Shown piece by piece: positions 16,101-25,235 of a stretch of 64,000 bases of DNA. The translations under genes were made by a program, and so were the position numbers. Positions within the stretch are counted from its first letter, which is position 1. The number at the start of each line of letters is the position of its first letter. This DNA is from a virus. The stretch lies in the IMG/VR virus record IMGVR_UViG_3300032820_000001, positions 1 to 64,000 of that record. One strand, 5' to 3'. The notes beneath the pieces are model-generated. The model was given only the letters and a program-made list of their open reading frames with translations, did no database searches and was not told the DNA's origin.

Positions 16101-16441
16101 TATATCACCTCATGCGTGAATGCTTGGTTGGTGGGTTTGATAGGCTGTTGCCCATCTGCGTAGGCCCGAAGGTTAATCTCACTGGTATAAACCACCTCAA
16201 GGCGATCATACTTATCATTACCGATGCGTTCATGCACTAGCCCCTTAAAATAATTGACGTGCTGGGAGGTGGTGTTGCTATACTTCTTATCAGTGATGAT
16301 AAGATGACTGAAAAGATAATCATGCACCATCACTGGAGTATCATACGAAAAGAATATACTAATGGTTTCGTTCTTGTCCTGCGTTCGCTTGGGTTGGTAA
16401 TGTAAGACGGTTTTGTTGTTACCTAAATTTTCTAATCTCAT
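16100..16441 (-). CDS. Phage protein (FSYDTPV...YS.TTS.H.N)
   Basis: Motif recalled from phage early proteins. Confidence 0.6.
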   Translation of the reverse strand: MRLENLGNNKTVLHYQPKRTQDKNETISIFFSYDTPVMVHDYLFSHLIITDKKYSNTTSQHVNYFKGLVHERIGNDKYDRLEVVYTSEINLRAYADGQQPIKPTNQAFTHEVI

Positions 16442-16707
16442 TATTTCTTCTCCTGTGTGTGGGTGTCAATGGGTTGGAGGTTATCAATCAAGGATTCCAA
16501 TCCTTCTGGGGTTTCATCTTCTTCTAACAGATCATCATGCATGCCATGCTCTTGGATTTCTCCTATTAATTCTTCGGTGGTATAAGTTTTGTAGTCCTCC
16601 ATTAAGTAGGTTATGGCTATCTCCACCAGCGTATCCAAATCCATACCATCCACCAATCGCGTGGCGTATTCTTCTGCGCTTTCTTTGAGGCTAAATTTCA
16701 ATTTCAT
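16441..16707 (-). CDS. Acidic hypothetical protein
   Basis: 88 aa; weak similarity in pattern to 8416..8754. Confidence 0.55.
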   Translation of the reverse strand: MKLKFSLKESAEEYATRLVDGMDLDTLVEIAITYLMEDYKTYTTEELIGEIQEHGMHDDLLEEDETPEGLESLIDNLQPIDTHTQEKK

Positions 16708-16718
16708 CTTGTTGCTTC

Positions 16719-16868
16719 CTAACCTAAAATAGTGTCTTGGTATGCTCTTGCTTCTTCAATCGTATCGAAAGTTTCATACACCCCTTTGGGCAAATCTATA
16801 TCCTCATAATGATCTTCATCTTCATCGATCTCTTCAATGTACGTCCATATTTTATAATGTTTTGCCAT
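16719..16868 (-). CDS. 49-aa acidic protein (not in ORF track)
   Basis: MAKHYKIWTYIEEIDEDEDHYEDIDLPKGVYETFDTIEEARAYQDTILG*; AGGAG RBS. Confidence 0.55.
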   Translation of the reverse strand: MAKHYKIWTYIEEIDEDEDHYEDIDLPKGVYETFDTIEEARAYQDTILG

Positions 16869-16879
16869 GGTATCTCCTT

Positions 16880-17107
16880 CTAATCGTTGTAACAGGCTTG
16901 GTCAAAGGGGCCTTGGTAAAGCACCTCAGTGCGCTGTACCACATCATCACGAGCCACCCTAGCAGTCTCTAAGACGCTTTCGCGTTGGGTGTCATCCAAC
17001 TCCCCTAGCTGAGAGAGGAAGGACAGCAGAGCCATGTCTGGGCAGTGTAGGCGGGATGCCATGAGGATTTTGCTAGTGAGTTGAGCGATTGTTTGGTCTT
17101 GGGTCAT
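16880..17107 (-). CDS. Hypothetical protein
   Basis: 75 aa ORF with AGGAG RBS. Confidence 0.55.
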   Translation of the reverse strand: MTQDQTIAQLTSKILMASRLHCPDMALLSFLSQLGELDDTQRESVLETARVARDDVVQRTEVLYQGPFDQACYND

Positions 17108-17115
17108 ATTATCTC

Positions 17116-17319
17116 CTATGATAATTTAGTGAGTGAGTCTGAGAGAAACCATTCATTCATATTAATGGTAGTGCCATTGTTGAGCCAGAACACCTGAACG
17201 TGAGTGTGAGGGCTTTTATTAACAACCTTCTTTACAATCCCTTGAAGAATGGGATACCCAAACACTTCTTGGTTGTGCGAAAGACCGTCGTGCGTAACTA
17301 AATCGCCAATTGCTAACAT
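17116..17319 (-). CDS. Small GDLV-family protein
   Basis: MLAIGDLVTH...QGIVKKV...VQVFWLNNG. Confidence 0.7.
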   Translation of the reverse strand: MLAIGDLVTHDGLSHNQEVFGYPILQGIVKKVVNKSPHTHVQVFWLNNGTTINMNEWFLSDSLTKLS

Positions 17320-17320
17320 G

Positions 17321-17485
17321 CTATTTCTTCTCCTGATCATTTTTAGTTTTAATATATTCAATGGCCTTGACTTCAAGGGCATCAATATCTTCATCTTCAT
17401 CATACATTAAATCAAATGCGCCTATCCAACCTAAATCTTCTGCGAGTTCAAGGATCTCGCCTACTCCCATGTTATCAAAATCCAT
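17321..17485 (-). CDS. Small acidic hypothetical protein
   Basis: Start set at MDFDNM. Confidence 0.5.
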   Translation of the reverse strand: MDFDNMGVGEILELAEDLGWIGAFDLMYDEDEDIDALEVKAIEYIKTKNDQEKK

Positions 17486-17486
17486 T

Positions 17487-17825
17487 TTAAATTCCTTCAA
17501 TGGTAACGTTAATTTCTTTTCTAAATCCCCAAGGGTTGTCCCACCAAGCACCTTCATCACCGCTAGACTCGTCCGATGGGTATTCGGGGCATGCTTCGAT
17601 GACAATATAATCCTCAATATCTTGGGGTGCCAAATCAGAATAGAGTTTGTCTATCTCTTTGTCATAATTCCGATACCACTTAATATCCTCAAAGATAAAT
17701 GCAATCCCTTCTGGTTCTGGTGCTGCCAATCGTGCATCATGCTGCAGAAAGTGGCGGCTTTCATCTGAGAGTTTCTTATAAATTTCACTCTTCATACAAA
17801 CAACAATATCGCTTCGGGTTCCCAT
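17487..17825 (-). CDS. Hypothetical protein
   Basis: Start set at MGTRSD, behind GGAG. Confidence 0.55.
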   Translation of the reverse strand: MGTRSDIVVCMKSEIYKKLSDESRHFLQHDARLAAPEPEGIAFIFEDIKWYRNYDKEIDKLYSDLAPQDIEDYIVIEACPEYPSDESSGDEGAWWDNPWGFRKEINVTIEGI

Positions 17826-17826
17826 A

Positions 17827-18036
17827 TTATTCTTCTCCTTCAAAAACTTCATCTTGACATTCTTTACACAGGCCAGAAATTTCATATTCCTTGGCGTATG
17901 TTTCCGTGGGAAGGTTGGTAACAACCTCTTTACAGGACACGCAAGTTTCATCCAAGATGGATTGCTCACGGTCATAGCCGAACACCTCTGTGAGATGACG
18001 GTTGATGCGGGGGGCTTTAATAGTTGGAATGAGCAT
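17827..18036 (-). CDS. Small Zn-finger-like protein
   Basis: CVSC...EYEISGLCKECQDEVF. Confidence 0.6.
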   Translation of the reverse strand: MLIPTIKAPRINRHLTEVFGYDREQSILDETCVSCKEVVTNLPTETYAKEYEISGLCKECQDEVFEGEE

Positions 18037-18223
18037 TGGGGATTCCTTTCTGGACTTGCTTGAGGGCTTCTTTGGCGGATTTTAAATCGGGGTAATGTTC
18101 TGCTATTCGGCGTTGTAAATCTTCCACCTGAACGTCCTGTGAGGGGTTAGTGGGGCGAGTATAATACCCGCACCCAAATTCATAACGGGCTAAATCTTTA
18201 ATCACTTGATGATACTTTTCCAT
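18017..18223 (-). CDS. Hypothetical protein
   Basis: Start set at MEKYHQ, behind AGGAG. Confidence 0.5.
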   Translation of the reverse strand: MEKYHQVIKDLARYEFGCGYYTRPTNPSQDVQVEDLQRRIAEHYPDLKSAKEALKQVQKGIPNAHSNY

Positions 18224-18224
18224 T

Positions 18225-18470
18225 TTATTCTCCTTTTCCCGCCAAGAAATCACCGTAACGGATATGGCTACGGTGGCGATAATCCATCTTAAAGCCATAG
18301 TCCAATGCTTCGCGTACCGTTCTAAACATTTTCCTCTCAACGGCTCCGGTGGTGCTACGGTACAGCCCAACCTCCTTTACATCACCATCCAAATCAGTGG
18401 TTGTCCACGTTGCGAAGATGCCATTGCCTCCCATGGGGCCTTTCCAGTCGTTTGGGTTCATATTAATCAA
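18225..18470 (-). CDS. Hypothetical protein
   Basis: 81 aa ORF. Confidence 0.5.
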   Translation of the reverse strand: MINMNPNDWKGPMGGNGIFATWTTTDLDGDVKEVGLYRSTTGAVERKMFRTVREALDYGFKMDYRHRSHIRYGDFLAGKGE

Positions 18471-18795
18471 CGTTCCTTTCGGCCTTAACAGCCTCTACAT
18501 GCTTACAGGTTCGACGATAGGCAAAGCCAGTGCATTCGCAATTGGTTTTACCATCAGTCCAGACTTCTACTTTATACTCGTTGCCCTTGGAGCCTTTCAC
18601 GGTTGTCCTATGACATCGATTAATCTCTGGATCAATTAATGCCCCTTCCTTCTTCCAATCATCCACCCAATCAAGGTCGCTCAGTTGGGTGTCAGCGGGT
18701 ACTTCGAGCCACTCGCCTCCCGCGCATGCGTACCATTTATCGCTTACGGGCGATTGAAACACAGTTGGATTCATTGGGCCTGAAATCTTAATCAT
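18463..18795 (-). CDS. SWIM zinc-finger protein
   Basis: V.GSKGNEYKV...CECTGFAYRRTCKH (CxCx7-9CKH). Confidence 0.72.
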   Translation of the reverse strand: MIKISGPMNPTVFQSPVSDKWYACAGGEWLEVPADTQLSDLDWVDDWKKEGALIDPEINRCHRTTVKGSKGNEYKVEVWTDGKTNCECTGFAYRRTCKHVEAVKAERNVD

Positions 18796-19080
18796 TTATT
18801 CTTCCTCTACTTCTTCAATTTCGTTTAGCGGTATCCAGCCCATCCAACGTGGGACGAAACGCCAATTTGGATCATTCTCACCCTCTGGCGTTACAAACTT
18901 GGTATCTTCTTCCAGCGATTGCATGGAAATGCACTCTTTACCTCGCAACTCACCAAACTTAAAAATGGTGGTTACGGGCTCGTTGGTTTCCTCCATTCGG
19001 GCTCCCACTACCAAGGTATGCTCTCGGAAGCGGTTTTTGGTTCGCTTGCTTGCGTTCGCTTTGGCTTTAAACATTAACAA
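18796..19080 (-). CDS. Hypothetical protein
   Basis: 94 aa; SKRTKNRFREH N-terminus. Confidence 0.55.
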   Translation of the reverse strand: MLMFKAKANASKRTKNRFREHTLVVGARMEETNEPVTTIFKFGELRGKECISMQSLEEDTKFVTPEGENDPNWRFVPRWMGWIPLNEIEEVEEE

Positions 19081-19273
19081 TATCCTTTGACTTAAAAAGT
19101 TTTGAGGGACACTCGGACAAATCGAGGGTTTGAATTCTAGGCTTGGTTACACCATGCGCAATCACTAGGTTGTTAGCCACAACAATGGCCTCTTTGCCAG
19201 ATTTCGCCTTAGTGTAAAGGACTTCTTCTTCGGTCTTTCCGGGTGGGATTCCCCAAATTACAAATTCTTTCAT
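19067..19273 (-). CDS. Hypothetical protein
   Basis: 68 aa; EFVIWGIPPG...EEVL. Confidence 0.55.
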   Translation of the reverse strand: MKEFVIWGIPPGKTEEEVLYTKAKSGKEAIVVANNLVIAHGVTKPRIQTLDLSECPSKLFKSKDIVNV

Positions 19274-19647
19274 TATTCACCTGCCTTTTCTTGCTCAACA
19301 GCCATCGCAGCGGCTTGTTTCAGGACACACACAAAACCTGCTTGTGTTGGAAAATCCCCAACCGATTCCCACTCTGCTCTTGTGGGCATGTGATTATTGT
19401 ATGCCAATCTATCCCACTTCTTGAGAGCGATGTGATTGAAGTGCCCGTCATTCCGGGGGCTCATCAGAGCTTCCATGCCAAAATAGCCCTTCACAATTTC
19501 CACGAGCCCTTGCTTTACCAGTTGTCGGTAATACTGCTCATGGGTACAGGCGTTGTTTTGAATGTAGTCTTTGCGGGTGTAGAAAAATGGGGTTGCTGGA
19601 TGCGTCATAATTTTGAGCCTTTCTCGATTTTTAAGATGTCCCATCAT
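19273..19647 (-). CDS. Hypothetical protein (true start probably internal)
   Basis: THEQYYRQLV...HFNHIALKKWD; the ORF-track ATG overlaps the -10 box. Confidence 0.55.
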   Translation of the reverse strand: MMGHLKNRERLKIMTHPATPFFYTRKDYIQNNACTHEQYYRQLVKQGLVEIVKGYFGMEALMSPRNDGHFNHIALKKWDRLAYNNHMPTRAEWESVGDFPTQAGFVCVLKQAAAMAVEQEKAGE

Positions 19648-19670
19648 ACCATACTGGCCAAGAAGATCAA
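19643..19670 (-). promoter_or_regulatory. Sigma70-type promoter heading the early block
   Basis: TTGATC-16-TATGAT with TGG before -10. Confidence 0.45.
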
Positions 19671-19858
19671 GGCTTTTCCACCTTCATTTCTCCTTAAAAG
19701 CCGGGGCTTTAGGGAGAAAACGACATTGCTGGACTTAGGCCCATTGACTGGACTTGGCTCAATTTGCGGGTAGTTGGGGGGATCTCCTAGATCCATCGGC
19801 ATGGCGCACCTCAAAGAAAAAGTGTAGTAAAAACAGTTACTTAGCTAACCCCTTGATT

Positions 19859-20233
19859 TTAAAGGACATTTAGAGATCCTTTTTTCTTCTTAAACTCCCT
19901 GAGTTTGATCGTGTCGCTTTCCTTTGCATGGGGTAGGATGGAGTCAACCATCGGCTCGTAGAGGCTCACCACGATCCCTCGTAGGTGCTGGGGGCTCACA
20001 GGTTCGCTTCTGTAGGTCACAGGAAGAGTCTCTAGTGTCTCCCTTATGTGGCGTGAGATGTTGCGTGTGCGCGTCTTGTGGCGCTTCCTCAGATACACAA
20101 TTTCCTTCCTGAGATGATCGACTATCAGGACAGGGAGTCCAAAAGAAAACAAAATGGCCTTGGATGCTGTACGAATCCCGGCCACATCAAAGACTACAAG
20201 AGTCTTGTTTTTTTCTCGGTTGATAACTCTCAA
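19859..20233 (-). CDS. Basic hypothetical protein
   Basis: Start set at TTG 20233, overlapping the upstream TGA. Confidence 0.45.
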   Translation of the reverse strand: MRVINREKNKTLVVFDVAGIRTASKAILFSFGLPVLIVDHLRKEIVYLRKRHKTRTRNISRHIRETLETLPVTYRSEPVSPQHLRGIVVSLYEPMVDSILPHAKESDTIKLREFKKKKGSLNVL

Positions 20234-20523
20234 AGTTTTTCCTTTTTTGCCCTCTTTCCTACGGGGCAAATTTCGTAGGTGCCACTCCCGAACGCGGTGA
20301 GGACAAATCGAATGCTCTTGACTTTCACCAGCACCTTGCGTTCCCACAAATCCACATCTTCCACCACCGCAATTCGGCAATGGAACGCATGAACAAAGGC
20401 ATCTATCTCTTTCTCTACATCCTTTAAGGTCTTGTGTCCACGCGCTAGGGCTGGAGCAATGAATAGGAGGGATGCACAAATGACACCACAGGCAAAGCTT
20501 TTAATATGGGGAATCATAACCAA
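20230..20523 (-). CDS. Hypothetical protein with signal-peptide-like N-terminus
   Basis: ...FACGVICASLLFIAPALA|RG. Confidence 0.45.
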   Translation of the reverse strand: MVMIPHIKSFACGVICASLLFIAPALARGHKTLKDVEKEIDAFVHAFHCRIAVVEDVDLWERKVLVKVKSIRFVLTAFGSGTYEICPVGKRAKKEKL

Positions 20524-21688
20524 TACCCACCACCCTTTCGTTAGTATCGAAGTAGGGGCTCTTAGCGCAAGAGGGAGTAGTCATCCACATGCGCTGGCAC
20601 TTGCTGGGCTTGGGCTTAGGTGCATACATATCTGTCAACACAATATGACCATCAAACCCCTTGTCATTCACATACGCAGTGGGTGCGTCAAAACAGGTGC
20701 CACCAGTAAGGACTCTCTTATATGTTATCTTTTTCCCCTTTGTCCAGACAAAAACATTTTCCTCACTCACGTCTGTATCAAAGGGGATGACCGTGAAGGA
20801 TGCAATTTCTGCCAGCTTATTCAACTCAGCAAAGAATGCTGCCAGCATGTCATCCCCAACACTCCCACTCTGATCGATGCTAATAGCGATGTGTGCCTGT
20901 CTCCTAGTCTTTCGGCCTGGATGCAGGTAGGGGTATCGGCGGTTGATGCGCTTCACTGTGCTGCTCTTGTTGGCTTTCTGAGAGGTCTTAATAAAATATC
21001 TCAGTAGCTTCTTCCAATCCACCACCGTGTCGACCTTAGCCATGATGTCCTTCTTAATGCTTTCGGGAACGGTGCCCCAGCTTCCAGACGAAGCTGCTTC
21101 TTGGGCTGCTTCCTTGACAATCTTTTTCAATCTCTCCTTGGCAATTTCAGATGCGGCTCCCTGATCCTCGCCCCAGCCTTGGTGATCATCGAATTCTTGA
21201 ATATCACCCAAACTCTTTTGACCGTCCTTACCTTCTTTGCCGCCTTTCTGTTCTTCTTCTTGCCGTTTCTTCAAAGCCTCATGATATTGCTCGGCAGATA
21301 AGCCGGGGGGAAGATCCTCAAAATCACCTTCGCCGGGGATAAGTGCGCCTTCGGGTAAATTCTTGAGGTGGCTATTGATAGCCAGATCGGTGGCAAAGTT
21401 CCATAGCATGGTCACTTCCTTGCCAGGAAGTCTGCCAGTTACATGCTCGAAGATGATATGATAAAACTCATGCTTCAAAACATCTGACATTTCATCATCG
21501 CACAGCTTACCAAAGTAATCAGGATTGTAGAGCAACGTGAAATACCCATCGGGGTCTAAGCGAACGGCTGCAGTCGGCAAAGCCTTGGACTCAACCTTAT
21601 CAATTCGACGGCTCAATGCCGCGAAGAAAGGTTCGCCCATCAAAAGTCGAGCAGTATGTCGATTTAAGTCAAATTTCTTTTTTGACAT
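20501..21688 (-). CDS. vWA-domain protein with N-terminal HExxH metallopeptidase-like domain (DUF2201-like)
   Basis: LKHEFYH...WNFATDLAIN; vWA ISIDQSGS...GGTCF...VLTD. Confidence 0.85.
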   Translation of the reverse strand: MSKKKFDLNRHTARLLMGEPFFAALSRRIDKVESKALPTAAVRLDPDGYFTLLYNPDYFGKLCDDEMSDVLKHEFYHIIFEHVTGRLPGKEVTMLWNFATDLAINSHLKNLPEGALIPGEGDFEDLPPGLSAEQYHEALKKRQEEEQKGGKEGKDGQKSLGDIQEFDDHQGWGEDQGAASEIAKERLKKIVKEAAQEAASSGSWGTVPESIKKDIMAKVDTVVDWKKLLRYFIKTSQKANKSSTVKRINRRYPYLHPGRKTRRQAHIAISIDQSGSVGDDMLAAFFAELNKLAEIASFTVIPFDTDVSEENVFVWTKGKKITYKRVLTGGTCFDAPTAYVNDKGFDGHIVLTDMYAPKPKPSKCQRMWMTTPSCAKSPYFDTNERVVGIGYDSPY

Positions 21689-21697
21689 GATGTGCCC

Positions 21698-22786
21698 CTA
21701 ATCGTTGTCGGTATTTGTGTCGGAATCTTCCACGCTCGTCAGCATACCTACCAAATCCTCTTTAATGAGGGGATGCAGATTGATCGTGTTCTGAATATCT
21801 CCGCCAGATGAAGTCAGGGAGTACCACAGCTTCATGGCTACCTCAGACGGCAGCGTCTTAAAGTAAGCGGCCAAATTCTTCAATTGCTTTTTGGTGAGCT
21901 TCTCTTTAAATGTATCGCTAGCTTCCATCTTCTCCACAAGAGCAGAATGATCGTTGATGCCAAACTTCGCGGTGGCATCAATATCGCCCTTGTCAAGAAT
22001 ATCTTCAACCGTTACAATCTTACGATAATTCTTAATGAAGTCCCCCAAAGAAACGGCAGCTTCAAACCCTACAAAAGCAGCGGTCAAACTAAAAACTGCC
22101 CTAGACTTGGGTTTCTTGAAAAGGTCTGCTTGGGTCATTGTCTGACTTAGACGATCCCATGACCTGCGTGAAGGGTAAATTTTGTTAGGCTCAAAATCAT
22201 CTAGGTGTTCCAGATGGTTGCGATTCTGGTTAATAAAATCCCAGATGAGTTCATCCGTATTATCTTTGGCCCAATCCAGCCAATCCTCAACCGTAGGTTC
22301 TACATCAAAGGTAGCCCAACGATCCAGTTCAGCAGGATCCATTTCACCCACTTGATATTGGGCACCGTGATCCCCACCATTGATAGCCGCGCAGATAACG
22401 GTATCTTCGTGGAGGTGCCAGCCAGCCAGCTTGCGTGAATCGGTGAGTTCAAAGATCCCTTGACGCACTTCGATGGTTGCGCGATCAATTTCGTCAAAGA
22501 AAAGCACAACTGGCTCAGTACATGCTTGCACGAGCCAGTCGAAAGGTCTAAATTTTGAGGCTTGCTCACCGTTAATGTTCATACCATCGGGCGAAGGAAC
22601 ACCCAGCAGATCACCTTCGGTCATCTGTGAGGCTCGGCGCTCTACAACGGGCATTCGCATGGAGCTTGCCACTTGATACACAACTTGGGATTTCCCCACA
22701 CCATGCCTCCCGCGCAACAACACAGGGAATTTAGAATTAAGAATGAGGGGTGCGGTTTTATTAAAGGTCTTGAAATCTACTGCCAT
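21698..22786 (-). CDS. MoxR/dynein-related AAA+ ATPase
   Basis: Walker A GRHGVGKS, Walker B VLFFDEIDRA, AAINGG, MDPAELDRW, PSRRSW. Confidence 0.88.
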   Translation of the reverse strand: MAVDFKTFNKTAPLILNSKFPVLLRGRHGVGKSQVVYQVASSMRMPVVERRASQMTEGDLLGVPSPDGMNINGEQASKFRPFDWLVQACTEPVVLFFDEIDRATIEVRQGIFELTDSRKLAGWHLHEDTVICAAINGGDHGAQYQVGEMDPAELDRWATFDVEPTVEDWLDWAKDNTDELIWDFINQNRNHLEHLDDFEPNKIYPSRRSWDRLSQTMTQADLFKKPKSRAVFSLTAAFVGFEAAVSLGDFIKNYRKIVTVEDILDKGDIDATAKFGINDHSALVEKMEASDTFKEKLTKKQLKNLAAYFKTLPSEVAMKLWYSLTSSGGDIQNTINLHPLIKEDLVGMLTSVEDSDTNTDND

Positions 22787-22833
22787 TTAAGGACTCCCAG
22801 GTGTAAGTGATTGAATTTACTAATGTGATCCCT

Positions 22834-22862
22834 ATTATACCGCATATTTAAAATCCTGTCAA
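22834..22862 (-). promoter_or_regulatory. Perfect-consensus sigma70 promoter for the AAA/vWA operon
   Basis: TTGACA-GGATTTTAAATATGCGG(17)-TATAAT. Confidence 0.85.
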
Positions 22863-23007
22863 GTCCTTTTTAGCGAAAAAAGTTTCTCCTTTCTTTTTAA
22901 GGGCTTGCGCCGTTTCCTCCGTTTTTATCAACATTATCACATAGATAGCAATTGTGGTATCTATTACAGATCTAAATAGTCTCTTTTTGGGTAGTTTGGT
23001 CATATTT

Positions 23008-23229
23008 TCACTTACTTTCTATCAGATTTTCTTCTTTCACATCAAATAAGGTGTGAGTGCCATCACGCCAACGTACCAAATATACGTTATCCGATGCTGG
23101 GGAATCGACGTGGTGGATGATGCTGGCGTACTCTGGTTTCTTTTCGCCAATATCAACCTTAATTGTGGTGCCGACAGATAATTTCTTCATGCTGAATCCT
23201 GGTCGCTTACGCGATCTTCTTTGTCTCAT
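23008..23229 (-). CDS. GDLV-like small protein (variant; start uncertain)
   Basis: LSVGTTIKV...YASII...YLVRWRDG. Confidence 0.55.
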   Translation of the reverse strand: MRQRRSRKRPGFSMKKLSVGTTIKVDIGEKKPEYASIIHHVDSPASDNVYLVRWRDGTHTLFDVKEENLIESK

Positions 23230-23600
23230 CCCAACAACCGTTGTCGTATAGTAGCTAGTTCTGTGGGGGTGAAAGAGCGATTCTTTTTTACGCAGGAAAG
23301 AAATTTCGCTACCTCTAAGAGATCTTCTTCGGAGACTGCAAAATTACCTTCTCGATCCCCCTCCTGCACCACCTTGCACCCCATCGTTGTCAGCTTTCTT
23401 TTGAGGAATGTATATTTTTTTGATGTGTCTCTCGATACAGATACTCCCACGAGCCCGTCACCTAAATCGTAGAGGTGATCATGAGGGTTAACCCTCTTGC
23501 GAGTGGGCGACGTGGGTTCACCAGCCGCGTTTGACTTGTAGCGCAAATTGTATCTCTCGCATATCTCTCTGAATCTTCTTGTTTCTTTGTGTGTGGCCAT
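23226..23600 (-). CDS. Basic hypothetical protein
   Basis: 124 aa; QEGDREG.F. Confidence 0.55.
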   Translation of the reverse strand: MATHKETRRFREICERYNLRYKSNAAGEPTSPTRKRVNPHDHLYDLGDGLVGVSVSRDTSKKYTFLKRKLTTMGCKVVQEGDREGNFAVSEEDLLEVAKFLSCVKKNRSFTPTELATIRQRLLG

Positions 23601-23612
23601 TAGCTTTTCCCT

Positions 23613-23873
23613 TCATGAGCAATTTGTGTATTGAAGTCGCCAATCACATTCGTGGCTTCCGTAGTAAGAACAGTAATCATAACGACAGTCTTCTCCGTCT
23701 TCATCGACTTCCCAAGTGCAGCAGTCACCATAGGAGGTGGACTCGCACAGAGTAGGTTCAGCGGCAATGGGATATTCGTGGGAACAGTGGCGAGGGTCTT
23801 CATCCTCTGCGGGTGAAGGAACTGGTGGCATGCCACAGCCTACCACGAAAAGGAATACCAATAACTTTTTCAT
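23613..23873 (-). CDS. Cys-rich lipoprotein
   Basis: Lipobox MKKLLVFLFVVG|C; C...C...CCTW...C...C...C.W.L...C. Confidence 0.65.
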   Translation of the reverse strand: MKKLLVFLFVVGCGMPPVPSPAEDEDPRHCSHEYPIAAEPTLCESTSYGDCCTWEVDEDGEDCRYDYCSYYGSHECDWRLQYTNCS

Positions 23874-24184
23874 TAGATAACCTCTTCAAGAACCCAGTTG
23901 TCCTCAAAAGCACCACGCTGAACCGCTTTGGCCTCTCGGACAATTTCTAAGTCCTGTCGCGTGAAGCCCATGTTCTCTGCTAATGCGAATACAACTTCCT
24001 GTACGTCAGCTAATTCTTCAATGGAGGGCTCCTTTAAAAACTCATCGGTTTCCTCAACGAGCTTCTTTCTGAGATAGTTTCCCTTTTCAAAGCCAACTCC
24101 CACTTGACGCACAGTATATTTCTTTCCCTTCGCCTCAAGAATGTCAGGGATGCGGTCTCTTACCAGCTTGTTATAAACTGTCAT
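23873..24184 (-). CDS. MazG-like / phosphoribosyl-ATP pyrophosphohydrolase-like nucleotide pyrophosphatase
   Basis: YNKLVRDRIPDI...KKLVEE..EF...EELADVQE...K...RGAF. Confidence 0.8.
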   Translation of the reverse strand: MTVYNKLVRDRIPDILEAKGKKYTVRQVGVGFEKGNYLRKKLVEETDEFLKEPSIEELADVQEVVFALAENMGFTRQDLEIVREAKAVQRGAFEDNWVLEEVI

Positions 24185-24699
24185 TAGTCACCCCAGCGAT
24201 ACATCAAGGCGAAGTTCGGGATGGGTGTGATGCCAAATCCGTCGGTGCCATAACGCGCAGTGAGGGGAAGCTCAAAGCGAACCACCATGTTATCCCAAAA
24301 GAATACTTGGAGGCCAACGCCTGGGCCAGAGGCTAAATTGAAATCATCTTCGACCACCTCGGTGCAATTCTCTCCCTGTGGGTTTTCACTCCAATCACAC
24401 TCCTCGTAAGTATTTTTGGACATCATCCCGGCCAAGCCGAAACTGCCATAGATACCAACGCGACCGTTTTGGTGGAAGGTGTAGCGATAGTTAATACCAC
24501 CAGCAACGAGGCCGCCGTCATCGCTCCAGTAGGGAAGGCCCGTAACTTGAACCCCATGACCATTCTCAAAGTCGAGAGCATACGAAAGGCCGATGCCATA
24601 CGTTGAACCTGCGGCAAAGCCTAGCGAGTTCTTGGTAGCATCTGCCGTCGATGGCAGCATCATAAACGCTGCGAACGTTAATCCTAATAATTTATTCAT
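24184..24699 (-). CDS. Outer-membrane beta-barrel-like protein
   Basis: Signal peptide MNKLLGL...ADA; alternating Gly/aromatic strands (GFAAGSTYGIGLSY, GGINYRY, GPGVGLQVFF, RFELPL, NFALMYRW). Confidence 0.6.
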   Translation of the reverse strand: MNKLLGLTFAAFMMLPSTADATKNSLGFAAGSTYGIGLSYALDFENGHGVQVTGLPYWSDDGGLVAGGINYRYTFHQNGRVGIYGSFGLAGMMSKNTYEECDWSENPQGENCTEVVEDDFNLASGPGVGLQVFFWDNMVVRFELPLTARYGTDGFGITPIPNFALMYRWGD

Positions 24700-24822
24700 T
24701 TGTTTCTCCTTCTTTTCTTGCGCGGATTTTATCTCTAGCAAATAGAACGGTAAATACACCACCGAACACCACCACAAAATTGACGGCAGTTACAACTAAT
24801 AACATTTTTATAAATTCATAAC

Positions 24823-25221
24823 TCATTCTTCCTCTCCTTCTTTCATGTGCTTCTGCATATCCTCGATACACTCGTCACTTAGGGTCAACCACAGCTTCTT
24901 GTAATGGATGATTTCATAACACTCGCTCAAAAGAGCTTGTTTTTCTTTGACAAGATCCTCTTGCCTTTTCAATTGCTCCCGTAAAAGGGAGAGCTGAGTG
25001 AGCAGGCTTTCATATTCTGCTCTGTAAAATGAAGTATTATCTTCCATATTCTCCTCCTTGTCACAACAAAAGTTGCTAATAATCTCAGGATAGCAACTCA
25101 TGCAGCTATTAGGAGCTACTTCCTCTTTGATGGCTGCGATAAATTCCTGTCTGGTCTCGCAGCCATCACAAATCTGATTTATTTGTTTGTCGGTGAGACC
25201 ATTACAAAGACAAACAATCAT
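24823..25221 (-). CDS. BFD-like [2Fe-2S] domain fused to a coiled coil
   Basis: MIVCLCNGLTDKQI...CMSC is the Bfd CxC...CxxC pattern. Confidence 0.7.
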   Translation of the reverse strand: MIVCLCNGLTDKQINQICDGCETRQEFIAAIKEEVAPNSCMSCYPEIISNFCCDKEENMEDNTSFYRAEYESLLTQLSLLREQLKRQEDLVKEKQALLSECYEIIHYKKLWLTLSDECIEDMQKHMKEGEEE

Positions 25222-25235
25222 ACGTTTCGTCCTCT

